The position numbers and the translations under genes are program-made. From NCBI RefSeq assembly GCF_900232105.1, contig NZ_LT934425.1, positions 60,001 through 92,000 of the forward strand: 32,000 bases of DNA, given 5' to 3'. This stretch comes from Candidatus Kuenenia stuttgartensis (GTDB lineage: Bacteria > Planctomycetota > Brocadiia > Brocadiales > Brocadiaceae). The notes under the pieces are model-generated. The model had not been told where the DNA came from. It searched no databases and was given only the letters and a program-made list of their open reading frames with translations. Shown piece by piece: positions 1-8,668 of the stretch (its first letter is position 1; each line of letters begins with the position of its first letter).

Positions 1-401
1 CGATCATCAGGCACTTCCTGAAGGCTATTGACCGGAAGAAGATATCTGGATCCTGAAAGTATATCATACTCGCGAAAGGGCATTTTGCTTAAAAACTGCG
101 GGATTTCTTCAGGTTCATGCTGTCCGTCAGCATCTATGGTCACCAGGTAATCATAATCATTATTTATCGCAAAATTGAACGCATCGATAATAGTTTGCCC
201 ATAACCTAAATTCCATTTATGTCTAATGACATATATGCTCTGTATGTCCTTTAAACTACTACCAATATCATTGGTAGATCCATCGTCCAGCACCAGTACC
301 TCCACGCCGACCTTTTTTACCCTTTGAATAATGTCATAAACATCACTTTCATTGAAAACCGGTATTGCCACTACATTTTTTAATTTTTCATTTTTTCTCA
401 T
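1..401 (-). CDS. Glycosyltransferase family 2, N-terminal part (3' end runs off the window)
   Basis: Missing from the ORF track because the frame reaches the window edge. The reverse complement from ATG (399-401) reads MRKNEKLKNVVAIPVFNESDVYDIIQRVKKVGVEVLVLDDGSTNDIGSSLKD...YLVTIDADGQHEPEEIPQF. It shows the GT-A hallmarks (PxFNE, DDGS, DADGQH) of GT2 / polyprenyl-phosphate sugar transferase-like enzymes. Confidence 0.75.
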   Translation of the reverse strand, partial: MRKNEKLKNVVAIPVFNESDVYDIIQRVKKVGVEVLVLDDGSTNDIGSSLKDIQSIYVIRHKWNLGYGQTIIDAFNFAINNDYDYLVTIDADGQHEPEEIPQFLSKMPFREYDILSGSRYLLPVNSLQEVPDD

Positions 402-610
402 TTCTATCCATTCGTCAATCACATCTGTAACTTGCTACAACCAACACAAACCATTCTTTCCGTCAAAATATGAAACGGTAAAATACGCTTCTTCAGTATA
501 TCGCTTGCTGCGTTTTCGGAGGGCGGTTAAGAATGGCACAATCATCAGGAAGGCAAATATTGGAACTTACTAATAAGTTGAGGTTTTTATAACAACTTCC
601 ACAGTACACA

Positions 611-655
611 GTCGGCAGTCGGCAGTCGGCAATTTGCAATTTGCCGACTGCCGAC
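611..655. terminator. GC-rich intergenic hairpin built from heptad repeats
   Basis: (GTCGGCA)x3 at 611-631, an ATTTGCAAT loop region, then (TGCCGAC)x2 at 642-655. This gives a 14-15 bp perfect stem. It lies between the stop of the 731.. gene and the start of the GT2 gene (both minus strand). No clear U-tract follows on either strand. Confidence 0.4.
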
Positions 656-730
656 CGTACAGCAGAACGGTCAAGTTTTTAGAAATTCAGCGGTAATTTA
701 ATTATAGTGGGGGCTGAAAATCATCGGCCC

Positions 731-1075
731 CTATTTCATAAGGGAATGAATTCTCCTGGTGTCTTGTAATGCTTTTTCCATTGGTACGAGTGGCGTAATT
801 TCTATCTCTGTAAAAAAAGGGAAGAGTGGCAACTTTGCTACAATCTCTTCCACTTCTTCATTCGATTCGGCATCGATAATCGCTGCGGCGCCTCTCCTGC
901 CTGAAAGTTTTCCGCCTGCCACAATCTTTCCTCGCCTCTGATACCGTGAAAAATACTCCCACTCTTTTATCACATACCCCAGAAAATCCTTTACCGGCAT
1001 TTGCGGCATTTGTTTTACTTCAACCTTCAAAAGAAACAACATCTCTTTTTCCCTTTCAATTGTTAAAAGCGCCAT
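731..1075 (-). CDS. Muconolactone delta-isomerase-like small protein
   Basis: The core MLFLLKVEVKQMP...GKIVAGGKLSGRRGAAAIIDAESNEEVEEIVAKLPLFPFFTEIEITPLVP matches the MLFxVxMxV ... G ... D(V/A)xSxEEl ... LPLFP ... PL pattern of the muconolactone isomerase fold. The ORF-track GTG start at 1102 lies inside a foldback repeat. ATG at 1075 or 1042 is more plausible. Confidence 0.5.
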   Translation of the reverse strand: MALLTIEREKEMLFLLKVEVKQMPQMPVKDFLGYVIKEWEYFSRYQRRGKIVAGGKLSGRRGAAAIIDAESNEEVEEIVAKLPLFPFFTEIEITPLVPMEKALQDTRRIHSLMK

Positions 1076-1095
1076 TTTATAAAATACCTTTCTTA

Positions 1096-1232
1096 GTAAC
1101 ACTTTAGTTTTTTGAAAAAGTAGGGGCGAAGCATTTACCCGTTTGAGTATGAACGCATTTATGACAATTTACAACAAATGCTTCACCCCTAAATTGCGAT
1201 TGTTGGGATTTTTCAAAAAACTAAAATGCTAC
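1096..1232. repeat. ~137-bp foldback (MITE/REP-like) element
   Basis: The left arm is gtaacactttagttttttgaaaaa + gtaggggcgaagcattt. The right arm is aaatgcttcaccccta + 17-nt insert + tttttcaaaaaactaaaatgctac. The two nested arm pairs are reverse-complementary. The inner palindrome starts with GTAG. A related half-copy lies at 29598-29623. Confidence 0.55.
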
Positions 1233-1440
1233 CATCCTTATCACATTACTTTGTTAAAATAATATGCAAAACAACCTTAATTCCCTCTATTTAAAAGGAT
1301 TTATGCTTTGAAAAATCCTTGATTAATACCATACAATAAGTAGGATGCCGAACGCAAAGGCATACAAAATATATCACTTTATGAACGGTTTCAGTGGTTT
1401 TTAACAAAGTAATGCTTATCACTTCTCTTTATAATAGCGA

Positions 1441-2184
1441 CTACATTGCCAAACCACCATCGACATTAATTACCTGGCCGGTAATGTATTTTGCATCTTC
1501 AGATAAGAGGAATTTTACCAATTTTGCAACTTCCTCCGGCAAACCAAATCTTTTTACCGGAATCATTTCAATCATCTTTGTTTTATATTCCTGCGGCAAA
1601 ACGTCCGTCATGTTCGTTTCAATAAACCCACAGGCAATGGCATTCACCGTAATATTCGCCTTGCCCACCTCCTTTGCCAATGCCTTGGTAAAGCCAATCA
1701 TGCCGGCCTTGGAGGAAGAATAATTCACCTGACCGGCCATTCCCATAATGCCGCTTACCGATGTTATATTAACAATGCTGCCAGACTTCTGTTTTATAAA
1801 AGGCATTATCAATGCCTTTGAGAAATTGTATACGCTCTTAAGATTGGTATTTATTACGTCATCCCAGTCACTTTCCGACATAAGCGCCAGGAGTTTGTCA
1901 CGGGTGATGCCTGCATTGTTTATCAGAAAATCTACTTTCCCAAATAACTCTTTCACTTCTTTTACCATATCCTTCGCGCCGTTAAAACTCACCGCATCCA
2001 CCTGAAACGACTTCCCTTTCACTCCCAATGTTTCAATTTCCTTCACCAGCGCATTGGCCGCCTCCACATTTTTGCTGTAATTAAAGGCAACATTGCAACC
2101 ATTCTTTGCAAGTTCCCATACAATAGCTTTGCCAATCCCGCGTGTACCGCCAGTTACAATGGCTACCTTGTCCTTGAATTGCAT
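1441..2184 (-). CDS. fabG: 3-oxoacyl-[ACP] reductase (classical SDR)
   Basis: 247 aa. TGGTRGIGKAI cofactor motif, NNAG, catalytic S...YSSSKAG (YxxxK), and a C-terminal ITGQVINVDGGLAM. GGGAGA Shine-Dalgarno sequence upstream of ATG 2184. Confidence 0.9.
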   Translation of the reverse strand: MQFKDKVAIVTGGTRGIGKAIVWELAKNGCNVAFNYSKNVEAANALVKEIETLGVKGKSFQVDAVSFNGAKDMVKEVKELFGKVDFLINNAGITRDKLLALMSESDWDDVINTNLKSVYNFSKALIMPFIKQKSGSIVNITSVSGIMGMAGQVNYSSSKAGMIGFTKALAKEVGKANITVNAIACGFIETNMTDVLPQEYKTKMIEMIPVKRFGLPEEVAKLVKFLLSEDAKYITGQVINVDGGLAM

Positions 2185-2340
2185 AAAAAATCTCCCGTAG
2201 TAATTTGTTTTGTTTAATAAATGATTTCGAAAAACATTACAGGGTATGTTAAAAACATTGATGGAAAACCCTTTTTGAATCTCTGAATTTCAGGCGCATC
2301 CCCATACAAACACCCTCATAACCTGATCGTTATCGATCAA

Positions 2341-2931
2341 TCAACGCCCTTCATTGCTTTTAACCCACTCTAAACCTGAGTCAATTAATAATTTTATTGC
2401 TTTTAACTCTTCCAAAGAATTAAAACGGCATACAGCGCCAACACCATATCCACCCGAAGAAAACCCTTGCCATGAGTAACCACTCTGCGAAAAACCTATT
2501 CTGAATGTGTCTCTCGTTGTAAATGCAACTTCTGTGTTTAGTCTGCGCACAGCCTTCCATTTATTAGACAGACTTATCATATATTCCGCTGCATTGGCCA
2601 CATTTTCAATTTCATCCAGATCAACAAAAACAGTTTTTCTCTGTTCATTCCTTCCTCCCTCATAAACAATAACCTGAAAACCGCTTATTTTTTTATTTGC
2701 ACTGATTGGTTCGTAAGAGACAATGGCCTTAATTTCAACGTATGACCCATAAGTGCCTTCAACCTTGCCCAAATCGACACTTTCTATGACAATTAACGTC
2801 TCAACTTTCGATAGAAAAGCCTCCAATTTTGTTGCAGGTTCATTTGCGGCTGCAATTGTTTCATGCCCCGGAGATATTAAAAAAAAGAGCGTTATTACGG
2901 CATACAAAATAAATATACATTGCTTTTTCAT
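2341..2931 (-). CDS. Hypothetical secreted protein
   Basis: 196-aa ORF with an N-terminal signal-like segment (MKKQCIFILYAVITLFFLISPGHETIAAA). No family recognised. Confidence 0.5.
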   Translation of the reverse strand: MKKQCIFILYAVITLFFLISPGHETIAAANEPATKLEAFLSKVETLIVIESVDLGKVEGTYGSYVEIKAIVSYEPISANKKISGFQVIVYEGGRNEQRKTVFVDLDEIENVANAAEYMISLSNKWKAVRRLNTEVAFTTRDTFRIGFSQSGYSWQGFSSGGYGVGAVCRFNSLEELKAIKLLIDSGLEWVKSNEGR

Positions 2932-3273
2932 AAGCTTTTCTTGTTCAAACGTGCTTTTTATGCCGATTGCAGGTCATTTTTACATAAGCAAAAAGATCCT
3001 TCTGCCAAATCATAACAGGGCTGTGCATATGAAATATTTTTCTTTCCATAACCCCTTTTTCCCTGATAGTATTCTTTCATGCTTTTTATGGGGCAATCAC
3101 GAGGGTTACCCCTACTGTGCGGTAAGCGGTAAATTGGTTTTTTGCATGTTAACAAACTCCATGTATGGTTTTCAATATAAAACAACTATCCCCGATAATA
3201 GCCACAGGTGCGACATCTGGCAACCATGTAAACGTTTCCCTTTCTAAGATAAAATTTATCTACCTGTATAATT

Positions 3274-4647
3274 ATGGAAGATTCTCTTTCAACAATAGAC
3301 GACATTGACTCTTTAAAAACCTTCGTCAGAAAAAAATATTACTATCTTGGGCAAAACAAGCAACAAGAGATATCCCGCCTTATCTTTGAGATTGCAAAAC
3401 GTGAAAAGGTTGGATTTTCACTTGTTTTTGAACAGATTCCCCCACCGCCAAGCCGTTTCTCTTTCATTAAAAGTTATTTGCTGGAACGGCGTTATCCTTT
3501 GCTTCACCAAAATGGGGTCAAAATAAGCCAGACTTTTTGCGACGTCGATATAAATCCCTCCTTAAGGGTTAATCTCACTACGAAACAAATCATCACGCCG
3601 AAACAGTTTTTTGTAGAAGAATCCGTTTTGTCTACCGAAACCGTTCAGCGAATACGCGACAAATTCCCCAACAGTACTTTTACCATGATAGCGTCCTACC
3701 GTGAATACGTGAAGAAGAAAGCATTTACTATTGCCGATTACAACAGAAGGCTGGAAAATTTCTTTATTATACGCGAAAAATTTGACTTTTATAAACACTG
3801 TCCATGTTCAAACAACTCCGCATCGTGCGGATATTTTGTAATGAATTTAGGGAGCGGATGCCCATATGAATGCACCTATTGCTTTCTTCAAAACTATATT
3901 AACTCGCCTGGGATTGTGCTACCGGCAAATATAGAGGATTTTTTCACCGTCTTCAGGAATTTAAAAAAAGACATGCGCCTCGGATCAGGAGAATTAACCG
4001 ATTCCCTTGCATTCGACCACATTACGGAGTATTCGCCTAAAATCGTGAATTTCTTCCGGCAATATCCCAAAAGCACTTTCGAGTTCAAAACAAAAAGCAA
4101 CAATGTGCGCTTGCTCACTTCAGCACCCGGAGCAAAGAATATTATCATTTCATGGTCATTGAATCCGCAAAAGTTGATCGACACCGCAGAGTATTTTACC
4201 GCTTCCCTGGAGGAAAGGTTAGAAGCAGCGCAAGCATGCACAGCGGCGGGATATCGTGTTGCTTTCCACTTTGATCCGATTATCTGCTATAGTGGATGGG
4301 AGACAGATTATGAAGTATTAATCAATACCGTCTTTACCAAAATTGAATCAAACACTATCGCGTGGCTGAGTTTAGGAACATTGCGCATATCGCCTCAATT
4401 AAAAAAAATCATTGAAAACCGGTTTCCCGAAAATGCCCTGCTTGACGAAGAATTATTAACCGGTTTCGACGGAAAATTGAGGTATCCGGCAGAGATAAGA
4501 TCATTTATATACACCACTATGAACTCATGGATACGGAAAAACAACAAAAGTGTTCCCGTTTATTTATGCATGGAGGAAAGAGAAATGCATAGAGACACAC
4601 ATCTCTCCCTTAAACATGAAACAAAACAGACAACGGTAATTTTTTAA
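3274..4647 (+). CDS. Radical SAM protein, spore-photoproduct-lyase-like (SplB/COG1533-type) with a long N-terminal extension
   Basis: 457 aa. CPYECTYC (CxxxCxxC) cluster motif preceded by FVMNLGSGC and followed by FLQNY. The downstream layout (GELTDSLAFD, SWSLNP, FHFDPII) resembles DNA-repair photolyase-type radical SAM enzymes. About 170 N-terminal residues have no recognisable family. Confidence 0.6.
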   Translation: MEDSLSTIDDIDSLKTFVRKKYYYLGQNKQQEISRLIFEIAKREKVGFSLVFEQIPPPPSRFSFIKSYLLERRYPLLHQNGVKISQTFCDVDINPSLRVNLTTKQIITPKQFFVEESVLSTETVQRIRDKFPNSTFTMIASYREYVKKKAFTIADYNRRLENFFIIREKFDFYKHCPCSNNSASCGYFVMNLGSGCPYECTYCFLQNYINSPGIVLPANIEDFFTVFRNLKKDMRLGSGELTDSLAFDHITEYSPKIVNFFRQYPKSTFEFKTKSNNVRLLTSAPGAKNIIISWSLNPQKLIDTAEYFTASLEERLEAAQACTAAGYRVAFHFDPIICYSGWETDYEVLINTVFTKIESNTIAWLSLGTLRISPQLKKIIENRFPENALLDEELLTGFDGKLRYPAEIRSFIYTTMNSWIRKNNKSVPVYLCMEEREMHRDTHLSLKHETKQTTVIF

Positions 4648-4812
4648 AAGAGGGGATGATACATTTCGTGCCAGGGGAAAACCACCGTGAATGGATCTTG
4701 AGGCATTCAGATATTTATGTGCAGATAAGATTACAATGAGTGGAAAACTATTCTGTAATGTGTATTATTATCGGTGCAAAACTTTGTTTAACAGAAGATA
4801 ATATGCAGGCAA

Positions 4813-5900
4813 TCAAGAGGTTTCGACCCGGTTTCTCCCGTTTTTCCTGGATTTGTATAGTGCATCATCTACGGCATTTACCAAGGTTTCTCAGGTTCCA
4901 TATTGCGGAAAAGACGCAATATACTTACGGTCAGTCGATACGTTTGTCCGTAAACAATCGTGCCAAAACAGGTAACTTCAATTGATTTACGAATTCCTTC
5001 TGCTTTTTCTTTTGCCTGCGATACATCTGCTCCCGGCATTATAATTACAAATTCTTAACCACCATATCGTGCCAATACATCTGAAGTTCTTAAAGAATTA
5101 TTTAATATCTTAGAAACTTCCTACAATACCCGGTCGCCAGCCGTATGACCATACGTATCATTAATACTCTTAAAGTGCCATATCCAAAAGAAGCAAACAT
5201 ACAGACTCATAGCGCCTTTTCGTTAAAGCCAATTGTTTTTTCAACATTTCATCAAAGAATCTTATGTACTGAAACCGTAGCTATTCAGCGTAATTTATTA
5301 AACTACCTGAGATCAGAGCACAACTCGTTCCCAAACAGATACTTCACTGTTTTCAATATTCCACTCACAACTGCTTAATTGAGCAATCTTCTGGGCATGG
5401 GCAAGCGTATTCTTGCTTTTACGCCACTCTTCTTACATAAATTTTCGTTCAGTAATATCTGTTATTGCCGCTATATAGACGCTGCTTTCCTCTCTTTTCC
5501 CGACATCAGAAAAAAACAGGGGAATTCCTATGCACAATACCCACGTAATCTTCACATAAGGATAAATAAGGCGAAATTCCGATTTAAATGTTTTCTTGTT
5601 CTTTACTGCATCTGCCCATTCTTTACAATACGCGTGTGAGGTTAATCCCCCCCATGCAGTACGCCCATCCATCCGTTTCCCAGAGATTCATCCGTGGTAA
5701 GCCCTGTAATCTTGCACCATTGTTCATTGACAAATAGAAAATTCCATTCAAAATCAGTATAAAAAATTCCAACCGGCAGAATATTTGTTATTGTGCGAAA
5801 ACGTCTTTCGCTTTCACTGAGTAATTCATTCTTTTGCTTGCACTAAATCAACAAGGATTTCAGTTTATTGATATCCGGGGACAAAGATTCAACATTCTCC
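4813..5900 (-). pseudogene. Decayed PAS-(PAS)-GGDEF diguanylate cyclase gene
   Basis: Minus-strand reading gives ...KEWADAVKNKKTFKSEFRLIYP..ITWV...AAITDITERK (PAS). It then gives RFFDEMLKKQLALTKRRYESVCLLLLD / [50 protein letters not shown]...SFPQYGT*ETLVNAVDDALYKSRKNGRNRVETS*. The GGEEF signature carries an in-frame TAA, and there are further TAG/TGA/TAA stops. Frameshifts are present, one at a C7 run (5647-5653). The second PAS domain is largely missing. Confidence 0.8.
5281..5348. repeat. Dispersed repeat, copy 1 (inside the GGDEF pseudogene)
   Basis: ctattcagcgtaatttattaaactacc (5281-5307) and gagatcagagcacaactcgttcccaaa (5309-5335) recur exactly at 6814-6840 and 6844-6870. cagatacttcact (5336-5348) is the reverse complement of 6888-6900. 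Confidence 0.8.
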
Positions 5901-6068
5901 ATCAAACTGTTTTTTTTTATAAGATGCACTCATTTTTTCCCACCGGACGCAAGTAAACTTCCCACAGCAACGCAAATAATTTCCATGACCATCTGGAAAC
6001 ATTCGCGATGTAAAGGAATACGCACTTCCTGTTTTATTAATGATTATTAAGACCTGATTAATAGAAGA

Positions 6069-6539
6069 TTACATTAAGTGTAAAACAATATATTGATCAC
6101 CATATTTTTCAATATTGTTTACCATTGTTTGTAAATTACTTAAATGTTCTTCTTCCGACTTGAGAATTTCTTCTAAAAGCATTCTGCTTCCATGGTCTTT
6201 TTCGTTAAAACATATTGTTATGCCTTCATTTAATCTTGCAATAGCTTCAACTTCAATATCTCTATTAAGTTTTAACATTTTAACAATATCAAACTGTTTT
6301 TCTTCAGGCAAGGCATGTTTTTGGTTTTTAACTATTTCCCCTAAAAACAATATGCGCCCCGCTAACATTTCAGCATGCTTCATTTCATCTATTGCGTCTT
6401 TTTTAAGCATTTCTGCAAGTTTATTTAGACCCAAATCTTCACACTTTGTATGCTGATCCATATATATGCCTATAGCGCCTATCTCTGCTGTATATACCTC
6501 ACACAACATTTTGTAAACTTTTTCATTCACACTACCCAT
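6069..6539 (-). CDS. bfr: Bacterioferritin / ferritin-like di-iron protein
   Basis: 156 aa. The di-iron and heme-ligand region AIDEMKHAEMLAGRILFLGE matches the bacterioferritin IDEMKHAD..RILFLEG block. A further EE..H motif (SEEEHLSNL) is present. GGAGGA Shine-Dalgarno sequence upstream. Confidence 0.8.
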   Translation of the reverse strand: MGSVNEKVYKMLCEVYTAEIGAIGIYMDQHTKCEDLGLNKLAEMLKKDAIDEMKHAEMLAGRILFLGEIVKNQKHALPEEKQFDIVKMLKLNRDIEVEAIARLNEGITICFNEKDHGSRMLLEEILKSEEEHLSNLQTMVNNIEKYGDQYIVLHLM

Positions 6540-6613
6540 TTTATCCTCCTTTTAATCTCTGGTTTTATTATATAATTCACTTTCTGTTTGTTCTACATTT
6601 CTAACTAGCATTT

Positions 6614-6813
6614 TTATTGAGCAGTATAACCACCATCAATAACCAATTCACTTCCGGTAACAAATTTTGATTAATCCGACACCAGGTAAAGAATTCCATA
6701 TGCAATATCCAGTGGTTCGCCAATATGTACTTATTGGATGTAAACTGTCAAGATGTTCTCTAAAACCGTGTGTTTCTTTACCTGACGCGTCTACTAATGG
6801 TGTCTAAATGTAA
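6614..6813 (-). pseudogene. C-terminal fragment of a short-chain dehydrogenase/reductase
   Basis: Minus strand reads ..TPLVDASGKETHGFREHLDSLHPISTY / GEPLDIAYGILYLVSD*SKFVTGSELVIDGGYTAQ*. This is a typical SDR C-terminus with one frameshift and one in-frame TAA. The N-terminal two thirds are absent, and the fragment ends at the repeat at 6814. Confidence 0.65.
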
Positions 6814-6922
6814 CTATTCAGCGTAATTTATTAAACTACCGGGGAGATCAGAGCACAACTCGTTCCCAAAAACCTTGTACTGAACATAGTGAAGTATCTG
6901 TTTGAGAACGAGCCGTGTATCG
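6814..6922. repeat. Dispersed repeat, copy 2, arranged as an imperfect foldback
   Basis: Same two 27-mers as copy 1. The arm 6846-6870 (gatcagagcacaactcgttcccaaa) is also imperfectly complementary to 6901-6922 (tttgagaacgagccgtgtatcg), with a 30-nt spacer. Confidence 0.75.
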
Positions 6923-6952
6923 TTTAAGCTGAGTAATTATCTTTTATTTGTA

Positions 6953-8668
6953 CCTAAATCCTGCAAACGATTTTCGCAATGCGAAAATCAGTATTTTCCA
7001 CTACCAAGATTGGCAAAAAGCGATAACAGATATCCGTTTTTTAGCAATTGTGGTAGCGCTATTGTACTACTTTAAACAAAAAGACATGGGAAATTGTCGG
7101 AAACGTGCTCTCTGATGCAATGAAAATCAAGATAGGGATGTACTGTCTCCATCTGCGGTATACTTACCACTCTCAAAAGACTAAAAAAACGAAATACAAC
7201 GTCGGTTTTCTACTGAAAAACTACATCCAGTGACATGCGTTCCCACTTTTCCCATTCCTCCTGATGGAGAAATTTCTCCGGCAATTTTAATGTCATCTGC
7301 CGGCTTCTCTCCACCAGTTTCCCTGCCACACGGATTAACCACAGTCTCATCGTCTTTACTTCCCACTGTTGTATCACTCCACCACTGAGCAATCCCATCC
7401 ACTTCAAAAGATTATACGCTAACACCGCACACTGAAATAGCGCAGCATTGGCCAAAAATTCACCCGTACGTATGTGCCCCGCATTCATCTGTCCTTTACT
7501 CTCTTCTATCAAAGTCTCGCAGGTAGCCCTCTTTCCATAACAACGATGCGCTTCCATCGGACTTAACCGCTCCGTTGTAACGTAACAAAAATACTCATAC
7601 ACGGACACTTCTACTAATTTCTTTTCTCTTTTGACCAATTGCCGCACTGCCACAAAACGTCTCGCACGATCCCACCCTGCACATCGATACCAAAATTCAG
7701 CCTGTTCCCATCCTGGCTCCCCTTTCACCTCATTCCATTTCTGCCCTTCAAGCAATCCTTCCAGATTCTTCAGCTTTACCTTAATCAGATATCCCGCCAA
7801 TATTGACTCAAGGTATTCAAGTAATTCTCCGGTAAAAAAACCGCTGTCTCCCCGAAATACCACCCTTACCCCCTTATTCATGTACGCCATACATTCCTTC
7901 ATGAACTCTACTACTCCGTTACTCGTGTAGGCGCTTCCACAGCGGAACCAACTATGTAATACCTCCTTTGTTTCTGCAATAAATGCCATTAAGGGATGAT
8001 ACGCCTTCTGCCCCTTCTTGTGCGGATTATATCCTACCTCTGCACCCTCCTGTTTCCCATATACACCATCTACGGTAGAATCAACATCTATCCATACTTC
8101 GCAAAGAGCACTCCTGAGTTTATGGCCTGATCTCACCGCACGCTTCCATATCTTTCCCCTAAACCGGTGGATCACCCCCGTCAGTTCCACTATATCTCCC
8201 TGACTCGCCAGCTTCATAATACGTCCTATCGTAGTATCTACAGGTACCTCTTTCCACCCGGACATCTTCTTCAATACCTCATCTGTACACACCTTCATCA
8301 CCTCTACCATCGATGTCGCCCCTGCTATCAACCCTATCACTACCATTTGTACCGCATCGACAAACTGATACCGGGCATTTGCTCCACGATCCTTATGGAC
8401 CGCTTCATGGACTCTCTCCCGGAACATCAGCTTACCCATAAAATTCAATACCGGTAAAAGCCCTGCATGTACCGTTAAGCCTTTCCCGCTCATCTCTGCC
8501 TTGATTTTCGGTTGTCTTTTGCTGTATTTTTTTGCTATATTCTTCATCGAAATGGTGAATCTCCTTTCAGGTGTTTTTTGTTATCAATATACCGCCGAAT
8601 ACCTTGGAAATCCTACCATTTCAATCCTATTCCTGCAACAAGGCTTTGCCTTGTTTGCAGGATTTAGG
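6953..8668 (-). mobile_element. Intact IS1380-family insertion sequence (1716 bp)
   Basis: 16-bp perfect terminal inverted repeats: CCTAAATCCTGCAAAC at 6953-6968 and its reverse complement at 8653-8668. Flanking direct repeat TTGTA (6948-6952 and 8669-8673). Single 445-aa transposase ORF. Confidence 0.85.
7210..8547 (-). CDS. IS1380-family DDE transposase
   Basis: 445 aa. The N-terminal ...GLTVHAGLLPVLNFMGKL.., central WIDVDSTV..YGKQEGAEVGYNPHKKG..YHPL, and FRGDSGFF layout are typical of IS1380/DDE_Tnp_1-type transposases. The ORF is full length. Confidence 0.8.
   Translation of the reverse strand: MKNIAKKYSKRQPKIKAEMSGKGLTVHAGLLPVLNFMGKLMFRERVHEAVHKDRGANARYQFVDAVQMVVIGLIAGATSMVEVMKVCTDEVLKKMSGWKEVPVDTTIGRIMKLASQGDIVELTGVIHRFRGKIWKRAVRSGHKLRSALCEVWIDVDSTVDGVYGKQEGAEVGYNPHKKGQKAYHPLMAFIAETKEVLHSWFRCGSAYTSNGVVEFMKECMAYMNKGVRVVFRGDSGFFTGELLEYLESILAGYLIKVKLKNLEGLLEGQKWNEVKGEPGWEQAEFWYRCAGWDRARRFVAVRQLVKREKKLVEVSVYEYFCYVTTERLSPMEAHRCYGKRATCETLIEESKGQMNAGHIRTGEFLANAALFQCAVLAYNLLKWMGLLSGGVIQQWEVKTMRLWLIRVAGKLVERSRQMTLKLPEKFLHQEEWEKWERMSLDVVFQ

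Noticed and set aside
352-573. 73-aa plus-strand ORF.
   Set aside because: It overlaps the start of the GT2 gene in antisense and extends into the intergenic spacer. It has no Shine-Dalgarno sequence or motif.
8167-8457. 96-aa ORF (and the 61-aa ORF at 8018-8203) with perfect twins at 23491-23781 and 23745-23930. Duplicated 'genes' could look like a conserved pair.
   Set aside because: They are antisense to the IS1380 transposase frame and duplicated only because the IS segment itself is duplicated. Their composition is His/Tyr/Pro-rich and low in complexity, and they have no Shine-Dalgarno sequence.
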